Shown piece by piece: positions 9,827 to 19,472 of a DNA stretch of 64,000 nt; the first letter of the stretch is position 1; each line of letters begins with the position of its first letter. The translations under genes were made by a program, and so were the position numbers. Location: positions 32,001 to 96,000 of the forward strand of contig CAVWVQ010000003.1 of NCBI GenBank assembly GCA_963758525.1. Reading direction: 5' to 3'. The DNA is from an uncultured Phycisphaerales bacterium. GTDB taxonomy: Bacteria > Planctomycetota > Phycisphaerae > Tepidisphaerales > Tepidisphaeraceae. The notes under the pieces were generated by a model. It made no database searches. It was not told where the DNA came from and was given only the letters and a program-made list of their open reading frames with translations.

Positions 9827-10666
9827 CTACCGCACAGCCCGAAACGCGACCGACAGAGCAAAGAGAGTCGCCGCCAAGGCGAGATTCAGCCCGAGAACAA
9901 GCAGCATCGCGGCGTACAAAACCACCGACCCCTGCAACAGTCGCTGGCATGCCTGCAGCGAAAGCTGCCCGGCAAACGTCAATGTGAGCAGATTGAAGAG
10001 AAACACAAGGGCCACCAAAGCCACGAATCCCCCGGCGGCCCCGTTCATGTCCGATCTGCTCAAAGTGATATGGCTCCCGATGCAAAACAGCAGATAGGCG
10101 AAAATCCAGAATTGCCACGATGAGACAACCGATGGGCGGAACAGCAGCATCAAAAGCTGCAACACCAAGGCGAAGACTTTGGATCCGATCGCCGCCAGGC
10201 CCGCGGAATTATTTGAAGGGGCGACGTTGCGAATTGCATCGCTCGCCGATGAACCCAGAAGATACCAAGCCAACAGGCAAACCAGCGTGGTCCCGAACCA
10301 GATCGGGCCGGTGCCGATGAAGAAGTTGCCGATTCTCTGGTAGATGCTTCTGGGGTTGTATGAATGCTGAACGGAGCCGAGCGTGCCGTCGCTGCCCGGC
10401 TTGAACAAGTGCATGCTGACGATCCGATGTCGGAAGATCACGCAGAAGAATGCATGCCCCAATTCGTGAACCATCACTCCCGGAGCGGTGAGATACGTGT
10501 AGGCATTTCGGCCGAGAATTCTCGCCGCTCGACCTCGCACGACTTGCGACAGATAGTCCAGCATGAAGGCCAGGACCAGTACTGGCCCCAGTACGATCAC
10601 GACCTGCTTCAATGTCAGCAGCACGCTCTGCCCCACATAATCGAGAATCGGCTGGATCACGGACAC
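9827..10666 (-). CDS. Membrane zinc metallopeptidase-like protein (M50-like)
   Basis: APGVMVHELGHAFFC (HExxH), G.V.H, FFIGTGPI, multiple TM helices. Confidence 0.75.
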   Translation of the reverse strand: MSVIQPILDYVGQSVLLTLKQVVIVLGPVLVLAFMLDYLSQVVRGRAARILGRNAYTYLTAPGVMVHELGHAFFCVIFRHRIVSMHLFKPGSDGTLGSVQHSYNPRSIYQRIGNFFIGTGPIWFGTTLVCLLAWYLLGSSASDAIRNVAPSNNSAGLAAIGSKVFALVLQLLMLLFRPSVVSSWQFWIFAYLLFCIGSHITLSRSDMNGAAGGFVALVALVFLFNLLTLTFAGQLSLQACQRLLQGSVVLYAAMLLVLGLNLALAATLFALSVAFRAVR

Positions 10667-10804
10667 CGGCTACTTCCCGAAGAACCTGCGCAATCCCGCC
10701 CCGATCCGCAGTGACCAAGAAACGCGGTACACGAATCGACACGAATTTCGCACGAATCTTCACGAAGCAGATTCGCCGAGCATCATGTTGATCACCGAGC
10801 GGTC

Positions 10805-11260
10805 ACTTGCGCTTCGACCGCGAAAATCCGACAGACTTCTTCAGCTCTCCATCACCTCATAAACGATTGGACACGTCAACGTCCGGTCGACCATTGCCAT
10901 CGTGCGGAAGACAAAATCCGGCTCGTACAGATACGGATATCCCCGGCAATTGGCTGGTCGGTCTTCGTAAACGCTGCAGCGGTTGTCCTTCAGAAATGGA
11001 CACGGCGTCATTCGCGTTCGCCACGGGTTCTCGGCTCCAAATTCGGTCGGTTCGAGATAGGCGTCGATGAATGTCGGCTTAACCTCCTTGCAGCAGTTTG
11101 CGCAGCTTGTGCAATCGATTCCCGCCCAGACTCGCTTGGTCAGCTCAAGGACACGCTCATCCAACTCCGCCGGGTCCAACTCGCACCGATCCTTCAAGAA
11201 CGGCGGAATCTCCAGTTCTCATCTTTCTTTTGTTGGGCCAACACGCGCAGCTTGAGTGGT
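10805..11260 (-). pseudogene. YkgJ-family Cys-cluster (Zn/Fe-chelating) protein, degraded
   Basis: IDCTSCANCCK, PCPFLKDNRCSVYEDRPANCRGYPY, CPIVY. The N-terminus (KDENWRFR) and C-terminus (LKKSVGF) are in other frames, and the segment after KPTF looks shortened. Confidence 0.6.
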
Positions 11261-11527
11261 TCGACGGGCATCGAACGCAGGATACAAAATCCTGGCAGTT
11301 TTTGCAGGCGAGCAATCGTCGTCATCGACCTTTCTCGCCTTTGGAGTGTCGTTTAAAAAAGGGCGCAGCACATAACGCTCGGCCATCCGTCTTCTTCTTG
11401 AATCGCTGGAAGATGGCGGTTTCGTGGCGGCCAGCGCCGATATGCCGGGCCTTGTCACCGAGGGCCGATTAAGCACCGGAACCGTTGAGATTGCACAAGG
11501 GCTGGCGCAAAATTACCAAATCGCGTT

Positions 11528-11619
11528 TTCCGGACCGAGGGTGCAAGCACCACTCGGCGTTCAAAATCGCTAAACGCTCTTCGCGAACGCCGAGCGGTGC
11601 TTGCACCCTCGGTCTGGAA
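11528..11619. repeat. REP-like inverted doublet downstream of the tRNA array
   Basis: 35-bp arms TTCCGGACCGAGGGTGCAAGCACCACTCGGCGTTC and GAACGCCGAGCGGTGCTTGCACCCTCGGTCTGGAA (2 mismatches), each internally palindromic. Confidence 0.8.
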
Positions 11620-11672
11620 GCTGTGTGCTGCCGACGCATGATCACTCTCGTCCCCATCCGCCGCTCCCGAAG

Positions 11673-11745
11673 CGCGCCGCGCAGGGATCGAACCTGCCGC
11701 TTCTCGATTTGGAATCGAGCGTTCCGCCATTGGAACTTGCGACGC
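11673..11745 (-). tRNA. tRNA-Trp(CCA), atypical (A8)
   Basis: Acceptor GCGTCGC/GCGGCGC, D-stem GTTC/GAAC, CTCGA-TTCCAAA-TCGAG, GCAGG-TTCGATC-CCTGC, G73. Confidence 0.8.
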
Positions 11746-11761
11746 GAGGTGAATGCGCTTG

Positions 11762-11845
11762 GAGTCCGGCGACAAGTCGCTCGGCTCTGCGCTGACGCGA
11801 CGAATGCGCCCCCTTGGTATAAGAGACATCGTCAACACCGGACTC
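11762..11845. repeat. REP-like element (GAGTCCGGCGACAAGTCGCTCGGCTCTGCGCTG) between tRNA genes
   Basis: Same unit as the doublet at 25798-25914; bracketed by GAGTCCGG...CCGGACTC. Confidence 0.75.
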
Positions 11846-11850
11846 TCTGA

Positions 11851-11936
11851 TGCGCAGGGAGGGATTTGAACCCCCGTAGGGTCGTGGACCCGTCGGTTTT
11901 ACGGACCGATGCGATTAGCCGCTCTGCCACCTGCGC
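11851..11936 (-). tRNA. tRNA-Tyr(GTA), atypical (C33)
   Basis: Acceptor GCGCAGG/CCTGCGC, TCGGT-CCGTAAA-ACCGA, long variable arm GGGTC..GACCC, GGTTCAAATCC, A73. Confidence 0.8.
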
Positions 11937-11974
11937 GAATTTCATTTTCTTGCTCCATCTCAAAACCGTCTCGA

Positions 11975-12047
11975 AGCCGCGTGCTGGAGTTGAACCAGCG
12001 ACCGGTCGCTTACGAGGCGACTGCTCTGCCAACTGAGCTACCGCGGC
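11975..12047 (-). tRNA. tRNA-Thr(CGT), G7-A66 mismatch
   Basis: GCCGCGG TA GCTCAGTTGGCAGAGC A GTCGC-CTCGTAA-GCGAC ... GCTGG-TTCAACT-CCAGC ACGCGGC. Confidence 0.85.
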
Positions 12048-12566
12048 GATGTTTTCAATTCACATGGGGGCTTGCTACGTTCAAACGCCAGCTTTTGCCA
12101 TGACGATTCTTCCGATGCTCCTTCCTGAAAACGGACTAACCGATGCGCAGACGCTCAGCCGGCATTTTGCCGTGCAGACGTTCATCCGCTTGGCGAAATA
12201 CAGAACGAACGCGCTTCAATGCGTCTAACTTCTTCCCAGTTTTATAGTAGTGATTACTGTTGACCGGGAAGAACTCCCGGCCGACACAGGCGAGGAGCTA
12301 CGAGCGCGTGGTGACGCCCAATGTCGTATACACGAATCGCCCTTCGGCGAACGTGTTACTTGTAGATGTATACCAATATTGCCGCATAGTTTTCTCCATC
12401 GACACAACGTGCCGAGTGAATGAATTATTCCATCGTGATTAGGGAATTGCAACTGCAAAATTGGAGAGAGAGATCGCACTGCCGCGGCGCCGTTGAAACG
12501 AACGAGCAGCCAGGACCGCGGTATATTCAATTGGCGGTTAGGGCTGTTCCTCGAACAAGGCGAGTC

Positions 12567-13388
12567 ATGATGAACCGATGTACATTTCTGACGGCGATGA
12601 TATTCGCATTTTGCGCGGCGCTCTCGACGGTTCGTGCCGAAGAGACTTCGGCAACGCAGCCCGAGGAGCCGGGACAGCATCCGGGAAGTTTCGAGGCGAC
12701 GATTACCTTCAAACTCAACTACCTGTTGTTTCTCCCTGAGGATTACTCGAAGGATCCGGAGAAGAAATGGCCGCTGATCGTTTTCCTGCATGGTTCGGGA
12801 GAGCGCGGCAATGACGTCAATATGGTCAAGGCGCACGGGCCGCCGAAGATTGTTGAGACGAAAAAGGATTTCCCGTTTGTGGTGCTCTCGCCGCAGTGCC
12901 CGCCGGATACGGGGTGGAAGCCGTTCGAGTTGAACGCGCTGCTCGATAAGATTCTGGCCAGCTATCGCGTGGATCCGGATCGCGTTTATCTCACCGGGCT
13001 GAGCATGGGGGGATTTGGCACGTGGGACTGGGCGTCGCAGAACGCGAATCGCTTTGCGGCGATCGCGCCGATGTGCGGCGGGGGAAACACCTCATTGGCG
13101 CGGCGACTGAAGAATCTGCCGATCTGGGTGTTTCATGGCGAAGCCGATCCTGTCGTCCCGATTGCGCGCAGCCAGGAGATGGTCGCGGCTTTGCAGAAGG
13201 TCGGCGCCGATGTGAAATTCACGCACTATCCCGGCGTCGGTCACAATTGCTGGACGCAATCGTACGACAATCCGGAGCTTTACACATGGTTCCTCTCGCA
13301 TCATCGCGGAGAAGTGAGAGTGCCCCAGACGCAGCAAGCGGCACAACCGCAAACGACGCAGCCCGAAACGCAACCCTCGCGGAACTGA
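12567..13388 (+). CDS. Secreted alpha/beta hydrolase (predicted peptidase/carboxylesterase)
   Basis: Signal peptide, WPLIVFLHGSGERG, GLSMGG nucleophile elbow, WVFHGEADPVV, GVGHNCW. Confidence 0.85.
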   Translation: MMNRCTFLTAMIFAFCAALSTVRAEETSATQPEEPGQHPGSFEATITFKLNYLLFLPEDYSKDPEKKWPLIVFLHGSGERGNDVNMVKAHGPPKIVETKKDFPFVVLSPQCPPDTGWKPFELNALLDKILASYRVDPDRVYLTGLSMGGFGTWDWASQNANRFAAIAPMCGGGNTSLARRLKNLPIWVFHGEADPVVPIARSQEMVAALQKVGADVKFTHYPGVGHNCWTQSYDNPELYTWFLSHHRGEVRVPQTQQAAQPQTTQPETQPSRN

Positions 13389-15022
13389 TCGGGCCGCGAT
13401 TTGTCTTGCGCTGGTCCGCGATCGCGATTCTCCTCTTCGGGCAAATCGCACGGGGTGAAGAGCCAGCGGATGTTGTGGTGTACGGGGGCACCAGCGCGGG
13501 CATCATCGCGGCGGTGCAAAGCGCCCGTATGGGCAAACATGTCACCCTGATCGAACCGGGGAAATACCTGGGCGGAATGACCGCCGGCGGTCTGGGCGCG
13601 ACCGATATGGGCAACGAAAAAGCAATCGGCGGCGTTGCCCGCGAGTTCTATCGGCGAGTGCTCGCATACTACCGGCAGCCTTCCGCATGGACCGGCGAGA
13701 CACTGGAGCAATACCAGAAGGGTGAGCATTATTTGCATGAAGATGCGCTTTTCGGCTTCGAGCCGCATGTCGCCGCGAAAATCTTCGGCGACATGCTTGG
13801 CGAGGCAAAGGTGACCGTGGTCCTCGGCCGAAGGCTCGATCGAAACCACGGCGTTCGGAAGGATGGGCCGCGCATCGTTTCCATCGCAATGGAGGACGGC
13901 AGCGTCTTCGTCGGCCAAATGTTCATTGATGCTACCTACGAAGGTGATCTGCTCGCGACAGCGGGCGTGTCTTACGCCATTGGACGCGAGGGCAACGCGC
14001 AATACGGCGAAACCTACGACGGCATTCAGACGGCTCAGGCACACGGACACCAATTCATGCTGCCAGTGGATCCGTTCGTGCAGCCGGGCAAACCCGAAAG
14101 CGGCCTGGTTCCTGGAATCCATCCCGGCGGCCCGGGAGTCGATGGAGAAGGCGATCGGCGCGTCCAGTCGTACAACTATCGCATCTGCATGACCAATGTT
14201 GCCGACAACCGCATTCCGTTTCCCAAGCCGGCCGGTTACGACGAAAGAAATTACGAATTGTTGCTCCGTTATTACGAAGCCGGCGCCAAGAGTGTGCCGT
14301 GGGGATCGCGGGGGATGCCGAATCACAAGACCGACTCGAACAATTCCGGCGCCTTCTCCACGGACGCGATTGGATTGGCCGATGCGTACCCTGAGGCTGA
14401 CTATCAAACCCGCGAGAAGATCGCGGCGCAGCACATCGACTACACCCAGGGGCTTCTCTGGACCGTCGCCAATCATCCGCGCGTGCCGGAGAAGATTCGA
14501 CGCGAAGCGAGCCAGTGGGGCCTGGCGAAAGATGAGTTCATCGATAACGACAACTGGCCCTGTCAACTCTATGTGCGCGAGGCGCGGCGAATGATCGGAG
14601 ACTACGTGATGACCCAGGCCGACATCACGCACCAGCGCAGCGCCGATGATCCGGTCGGACTGGGCTCTTACACTATGGATTCACACAACACACAGCGATA
14701 CGTGGACGCGGGCGGCCACGCCCGCAACGAGGGCGATGTGCAGATTCACGTGGCCAAGCCGTATTGCATCAGCTACCGCGCATTGACTCCCAAGGCCGCG
14801 GAATGCACGAATCTGCTGGCGCCCGTGTGCGTGAGCGCGACGCATATCGCCTACGGATCGATCCGAATGGAGCCGGTCTACATGATCCTTGGACAGGCGT
14901 GCGGAACGGCGGCTTCCATTGCGATCGACGAAAATGCCACTGTTCAAGGGATTCAATACGAGAAGTTGCGCGAAAGGTTGACGGCGGATCATCAGTTGAT
15001 CGCGTGGCCCGCGGGGCGCTGA
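13385..15022 (+). CDS. FAD-dependent oxidoreductase (secreted), start approximate
   Basis: DVVVYGGTSAGIIAAVQSAR, GGMTAGGLG, FIDATYEGDL, YVREARRMIG, SIRMEPVYMILGQACG. Confidence 0.85.
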   Translation: MIGPRFVLRWSAIAILLFGQIARGEEPADVVVYGGTSAGIIAAVQSARMGKHVTLIEPGKYLGGMTAGGLGATDMGNEKAIGGVAREFYRRVLAYYRQPSAWTGETLEQYQKGEHYLHEDALFGFEPHVAAKIFGDMLGEAKVTVVLGRRLDRNHGVRKDGPRIVSIAMEDGSVFVGQMFIDATYEGDLLATAGVSYAIGREGNAQYGETYDGIQTAQAHGHQFMLPVDPFVQPGKPESGLVPGIHPGGPGVDGEGDRRVQSYNYRICMTNVADNRIPFPKPAGYDERNYELLLRYYEAGAKSVPWGSRGMPNHKTDSNNSGAFSTDAIGLADAYPEADYQTREKIAAQHIDYTQGLLWTVANHPRVPEKIRREASQWGLAKDEFIDNDNWPCQLYVREARRMIGDYVMTQADITHQRSADDPVGLGSYTMDSHNTQRYVDAGGHARNEGDVQIHVAKPYCISYRALTPKAAECTNLLAPVCVSATHIAYGSIRMEPVYMILGQACGTAASIAIDENATVQGIQYEKLRERLTADHQLIAWPAGR

Positions 15023-15104
15023 AGCTCTTTCGAGCCGCCGCGCCTCCTGGGATTTCAAGCTCCGTAGGCATTCAAGAGCGACGGCGGCTTGGAACGTTTC
15101 ATTA

Positions 15105-15213
15105 CCCCCTCTCCCGGAACTCCGGGAGAGGGTTGCGGTGAGGGTGATTTTTGAGTACCGGTGGCGCCCGACGTTCGAGATCACCCTCACTGCGGGAGTA
15201 CCGGGAGAGGGGG
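15105..15213. repeat. Palindromic intergenic repeat (CCCTCTCCCGG..CGGGAGAGGG..GGTGAGGGTGA family)
   Basis: Close copies at 32756-32874, 59438-59564 and 60463-60580. Confidence 0.85.
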
Positions 15214-15261
15214 CAAGTCGCGCTCGAAGTTCTGAACCGGCTCTGAACTGCGTAACTTGGG

Positions 15262-17645
15262 TTAGCGCCGTTTGCGCCCCGCCGGCGCCTTGCGGCCGCC
15301 GCGCAGGGCGCCTTTTTGCCGCCGCCGCGAAGCGGCTGCTTCGCCTTGCCCCCCTTGAGCTTCTTCTTTCCTTCGGGCTCGACAGGAACGTCGGTGGTGG
15401 CGGCCGCACGCGCGCGACCAATGATCCTTTTGATGCTGAGATCCAGCTCGCGGCGCACGACGTCCACCCGCACGACCGCCACGTCGGCGACGTCGCCGAT
15501 GCCGATGCGCTGGCCCGTGCGCTGGCCGCGGACGACGCCGGCTTTTTCGTTCACATCCCACCAGTCGTCCATCAGGTTTTCGTAGCGGATCAGGCCGTCG
15601 ATGAGCCAGGTGGAAAGCTGGACGAAAACGCCGAAGTTGGTGATGCCCGTGACGACGCCGGGGAATTCTTCGCCGATCCGCTCCTTGAGCAGTTCGAGAA
15701 TCTTCACCTGCCGAAGCTCGCGCTCGGCGTCCTCGGCGCGGCGTTCGGTGAAGCTCAGTTGCTTGCCGAGCGCGACCAGATCGTCGTACGACGGCACGCT
15801 GTCTTCATCAACCTGCGGTTTGCCCTTCCCCGTCCGCTGGCGCGCTTCAAAGTAGGCATCGAGCAGACGATGAATCGTCAGATCGGCGTATCGCCGGATC
15901 GGGGAGGTGAAATGGCAGTATTGTTCGCTGGCGAGCGCATAGTGCCCGATCTGCTGCGGAGAATATTCCGCGCGGGTCAGACTTCGCAGCACCGCGATGT
16001 TAATGGCAAATCCTTCGGGCTTGCCGTGCGCCGCGAGGAGCAGGGCCTGGATCGCCTGGCGATCGAGCACCTTGGGAATCTTGAACCCCGCGACCGTCAC
16101 GAACTGGCGGAGACGATCTGAATCGCCCCCCTCCGGCTCGGGGTGAATGCGGCGCAGAAACGGGAGGTCCTGCGAATTGAGCAGCCGGGCGACGGCTTCG
16201 TTCGCCTCGACCATGAACATCTCAATCAGCGTGTGCGTGAAGCTCTGATCTTCCGGCACGGCGTCGGCGACCTTGCCATTCTCATCGAGCACCAGCTCGA
16301 CTTCCGGGAGATCGAGAACGATCTGTCCGTCGGCCAGACGTCGCTTCTGGAGACGGCGGGCCAGGACGTTCATCTGCCCCAGCAGCTCGATGATCCGAGG
16401 CTCATAATCGCCGACACGACGATCGCCGTCGGGATGCGGCACCACTTTGCCCAGATCGGGCCCGGCATTTCCGCCGGCGTCGATCGCGTCCAAAATCGCC
16501 TGCGCCTCACGATATCGCATCCGCTTGGCGCTGGTGATGATGGTGTTCGCGAACTTTGCGGAGACCGGCTTGGCGCCGCCGTCATAGGTGATGAACGCGC
16601 TCTTGCAGAAGCGCGGCACTTTTTCCTGCAGCGAGCAGACGCCGTTGCTGAGGATTTCCGGCAGCATCGGAATGACATGGCCGGGGAAATACGCGCTGTT
16701 GCCGCGCTTCCGCGCCTCTTCGTCCAGGGCGCTTCCCTCCGGCACAAAGTGCGAGACGTCGGCGATATGAACCCCAAGCTCCCAGCAGCCGTTGTCCAGC
16801 GCCCGCAGGCTGATGGCGTCGTCGTAGTCCTTCGCGTCGTCTGGATCGATCGTGCAGACGGTCTGGTCCGAGAGATCGATTCGACGGGACCGCTCGTCAT
16901 CAGGATTGAATCGATCGACCGACGCCCGCGCCTCGTCGAGAACGTCCTGCGGAAATTCGCCGGGCAGGTTGAACTGCACGATCACGCTCCGCAGATCGAC
17001 GTCTTTCTCTCCGGCTTCACCGAGCACTTCGGTGATCACGCCGACCGCGCGCTGGCCGTTGGCTGGATATTCGGTCATCTCCACGACGACCTTGGTTCCC
17101 GGCTGCACGTGCCGGCTCGCGGCATCGGGCGTGAGAATCGGCTCAGTGATGGAGTTGCCCTCCGGCAGCACCATCCATTGCGTTCCCTGACGCACCAGTT
17201 GTCCGACGAAGCGCTTCTGCGTGCGCTGCAAAATTTCGGTGATGCGACCACTGTAGATCGCCTTGCCGTCGCGGTGCCCCTTGCTCATGATCTTGGCGCG
17301 GACGATGTCCCCGGTGATCGCGCCGGAGTTCTGGCCTTCGGGGATGTACAGATCTTCCCGACTGCCCGGATCCGTCGGCACGACAAATCCGAATCCGCGT
17401 TTGTTGTGCCGATACGATCCGACAAACTCGTCGCGGCTGTGATGCTGGGCGGGAAGCACCACGGCTCCGCGCGCTCCCAGAACCACGTGTCCCCCGTGCA
17501 TAAGCTCCTTGAGCGCGTCACGGAAGGCGTGATACTGCTCTTCACCGTCCACGTTCAATTCGCGCGCTAACCCCCGGGCCCTCAGCGGGCGGTACTGCTC
17601 GCTCTTGAGGTGCTCAATAATCCGATTCTCTAACTGCTCTGCCAT
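15262..17645 (-). CDS. rnr: Ribonuclease R (probable C-terminal frameshift near 15306)
   Basis: HTH N-terminus, GFGFV cold-shock domain, TIDPDDAKDYDDAIS, GHYALA..YCHFTSPIRRYADL, S1 domain. The basic tail ends LRGGRKAPAGRKRR in an alternate frame. Confidence 0.95.
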
Positions 17646-17877
17646 AAACCTTTCAACCAAAAGACCGATTCCCCAGACGGCACATGCCGCCCGAAAATTT
17701 CCGGAAGCCGAATCAACGATAGGAACAGAAAACAGGTGTGTTCGCTAGGAAAACTGCGGGCTGCGGACAAGGAATCAATATCGTGATCGGCTGAAAACCT
17801 ACCGAAGGTAAGGAACAAAATCCGAACAACGACAGCAGGATAATACGAGATCGGGCTGGAATTGCAACTGCTGCAGG

Positions 17878-18135
17878 ATGACGTTGAGTCTGTCGATTTC
17901 GCCTGAGGTGGAAATGAAGCTGCGAGAAAAGGCTGCAGCTGCCGGTTTCGACCTGCCCACTTACGCAATCAAGACTCTTGAGCGGGTCGCATATCGTCCG
18001 ACGCTCGAGGAGGTGCTCGCCCCGCTACGCGAGGATTTTGATAGAAGCGGAATGAGCGAAGACGAACTGACGGCACTTCTTGAAACCGCAAAGCACGAAA
18101 TGCGAGCGGCACGTCGCGCGCGAAGTGCATCGTGA
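17878..18135 (+). CDS. Small putative antitoxin
   Basis: MTLSLSISPEVEMKLREKAAAAG (RHH-like start). Its stop overlaps (GTGA) a PIN toxin remnant. Confidence 0.65.
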   Translation: MTLSLSISPEVEMKLREKAAAAGFDLPTYAIKTLERVAYRPTLEEVLAPLREDFDRSGMSEDELTALLETAKHEMRAARRARSAS

Positions 18136-18306
18136 GATCCACCCCCTCGGCGGTATTTGATTGCAACGTTTATCTCAAGGTGATGCTGAGAACTCATGAG
18201 CGATGCGAACGCTGAGGGCAAGGAGCTTCGCCTGATCCACCCTGACTTCAAGGTGCTCACTCCGCCGCAGTTCCTGAACATGATCCGGCCACCCTTGTCA
18301 CCGTGA
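18132..18306 (+). pseudogene. PIN-domain toxin remnant with large internal deletion
   Basis: MRSTPSAVFDCNVYL (PIN N-terminal strand and Asp) joined out of frame to LMSDANAEGKELRLIHPDFKVLTPPQFL (typical PIN C-terminus); only 175 bp in total. Confidence 0.6.
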
Positions 18307-18460
18307 ATTTCGCAGCCGCGCGCCCGCATTTCCCCGCAATCTTCTGGATTTAAGGGCCGCCGTTCGCTAAAACTACCCTCATCGCAGCCTGGACGGTCGG
18401 GAATTTGGCGGCTGTTGTGCTGACGATTGGGCGTTCATTCATCCGATAAAGAGGCCAAGG

Positions 18461-19228
18461 ATGGCTAAACTCTTCGCTACATTTACGCTTGGTCTGATCG
18501 TCCTCGCCACTGGCTGCGAGGTGGCTCCGACCGTTTCCATGGTCGATCGACTCCCGGCGCCGTCGTTTGGCGGGCCGCCGAATCCGGACCTGGCGCCGAT
18601 TCCTGCGCCCGTGCCTCCGCCGGCGCCGGTCGCGGTGCTTCCGCATCGCAGCAATCGACCTGATCCAATTGCCAGCGCCGGGGTTCCGCGAAGCTGGATT
18701 CCAATCGCGGCCCCCAACGAATGGTATTGGATCGTCGTGCACCACAGCGCCACCGCTACCGGCGGTGCCGCCGCCTTTGACAAAATGCACCGAGCCAAGG
18801 GATGGGATGAGCTGGGGTATCACTTCGTGATCGGAAACGGGACCGATACGGGCGATGGCCAAGTTGAGGTCGGCTCGCGCTGGCCGAAGCAGAAGTGGGG
18901 CGCGCATGCGAAGACGCCTGACAACCGCTACAACGAACACGGCATCGGTATCTGCCTGGTCGGCAACTTCGATATCACTCGCCCCACCGCAAAGCAAATG
19001 GCGTCACTGGAACGCCTGGTGTCGTATCTGATGAAGACGTACCACATTCCGGCGGATCACATTCTGGGCCATCGCGATACCAAGAGCACGGATTGTCCGG
19101 GGCATAATATGAATGTCGCCGCGGTGCGGTCTGCGTGTGTGCGGATGCTGGCCCAGGCGGGTGAGGCAGTGCCGGAAGAGAACCGAACGGCGACTGCGGA
19201 GCTGATGGTCGATTCGCCGACGCGATGA
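18461..19228 (+). CDS. N-acetylmuramoyl-L-alanine amidase (Amidase_2/PGRP-like) lipoprotein
   Basis: Lipobox LATGC, IVVHHSAT, LGYHFVIGNG, GAHA, GIGICLVGNF, GHRD..TDCPG. Confidence 0.9.
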   Translation: MAKLFATFTLGLIVLATGCEVAPTVSMVDRLPAPSFGGPPNPDLAPIPAPVPPPAPVAVLPHRSNRPDPIASAGVPRSWIPIAAPNEWYWIVVHHSATATGGAAAFDKMHRAKGWDELGYHFVIGNGTDTGDGQVEVGSRWPKQKWGAHAKTPDNRYNEHGIGICLVGNFDITRPTAKQMASLERLVSYLMKTYHIPADHILGHRDTKSTDCPGHNMNVAAVRSACVRMLAQAGEAVPEENRTATAELMVDSPTR

Positions 19229-19351
19229 TCGGGCGTTTTTGACGCTCCGCGAAGGGGCAAGCCACGGCGATGCCGATTGGTGAATTGCGGCATTCTCCTT
19301 TGGCGTCAGTCGTTCCGTGCTCGGAAGATCCTCGGCGATCTCGTATCGATG

Positions 19352-19429
19352 TTGTCACGTTTCACGTCTTCAAGTACCGATCTTCGCTGCTCCCGTCACG
19401 TTCCAATCACCAATCACCAAAGATCACCA
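19352..19429. repeat. Solo arm of the GTCACGTTCCAATCACCAATCACC repeat
   Basis: Exact 24-mer at 19395-19418, identical to the arm at 54732-54755. Confidence 0.85.
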
Positions 19430-19436
19430 GTCCCAT

Positions 19437-19464
19437 TTGACACTTTCTCTTCACCCCGCATAAT
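19437..19464 (+). promoter_or_regulatory. Sigma70-type promoter of atpG (probably leaderless)
   Basis: TTGACA-N16-CATAAT, ending 8 nt before ATG 19473. Confidence 0.6.
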
Positions 19465-19472
19465 CCCGCGAT

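Noticed and set aside
9152..10123. 323-aa ORF spanning tRNA-Ser
   Set aside because: It overlaps a tRNA and two better ORFs and has no recognisable motifs.
11585..11656. Possible fourth tRNA (Gly-like TCC) downstream of tRNA-Trp
   Set aside because: No acceptor stem or T-loop can be formed; the 3' half is the arm of a REP doublet.
12048..12110. Sigma54 promoter for the tRNA array
   Set aside because: TGGC motifs are present but the GG-N10-GC spacing is not met.
15102..15261. Extended RNase R C-terminus in the ORF track
   Set aside because: It reads through into an intergenic palindromic repeat because of a likely frameshift; the basic tail ends at 15262 in another frame.
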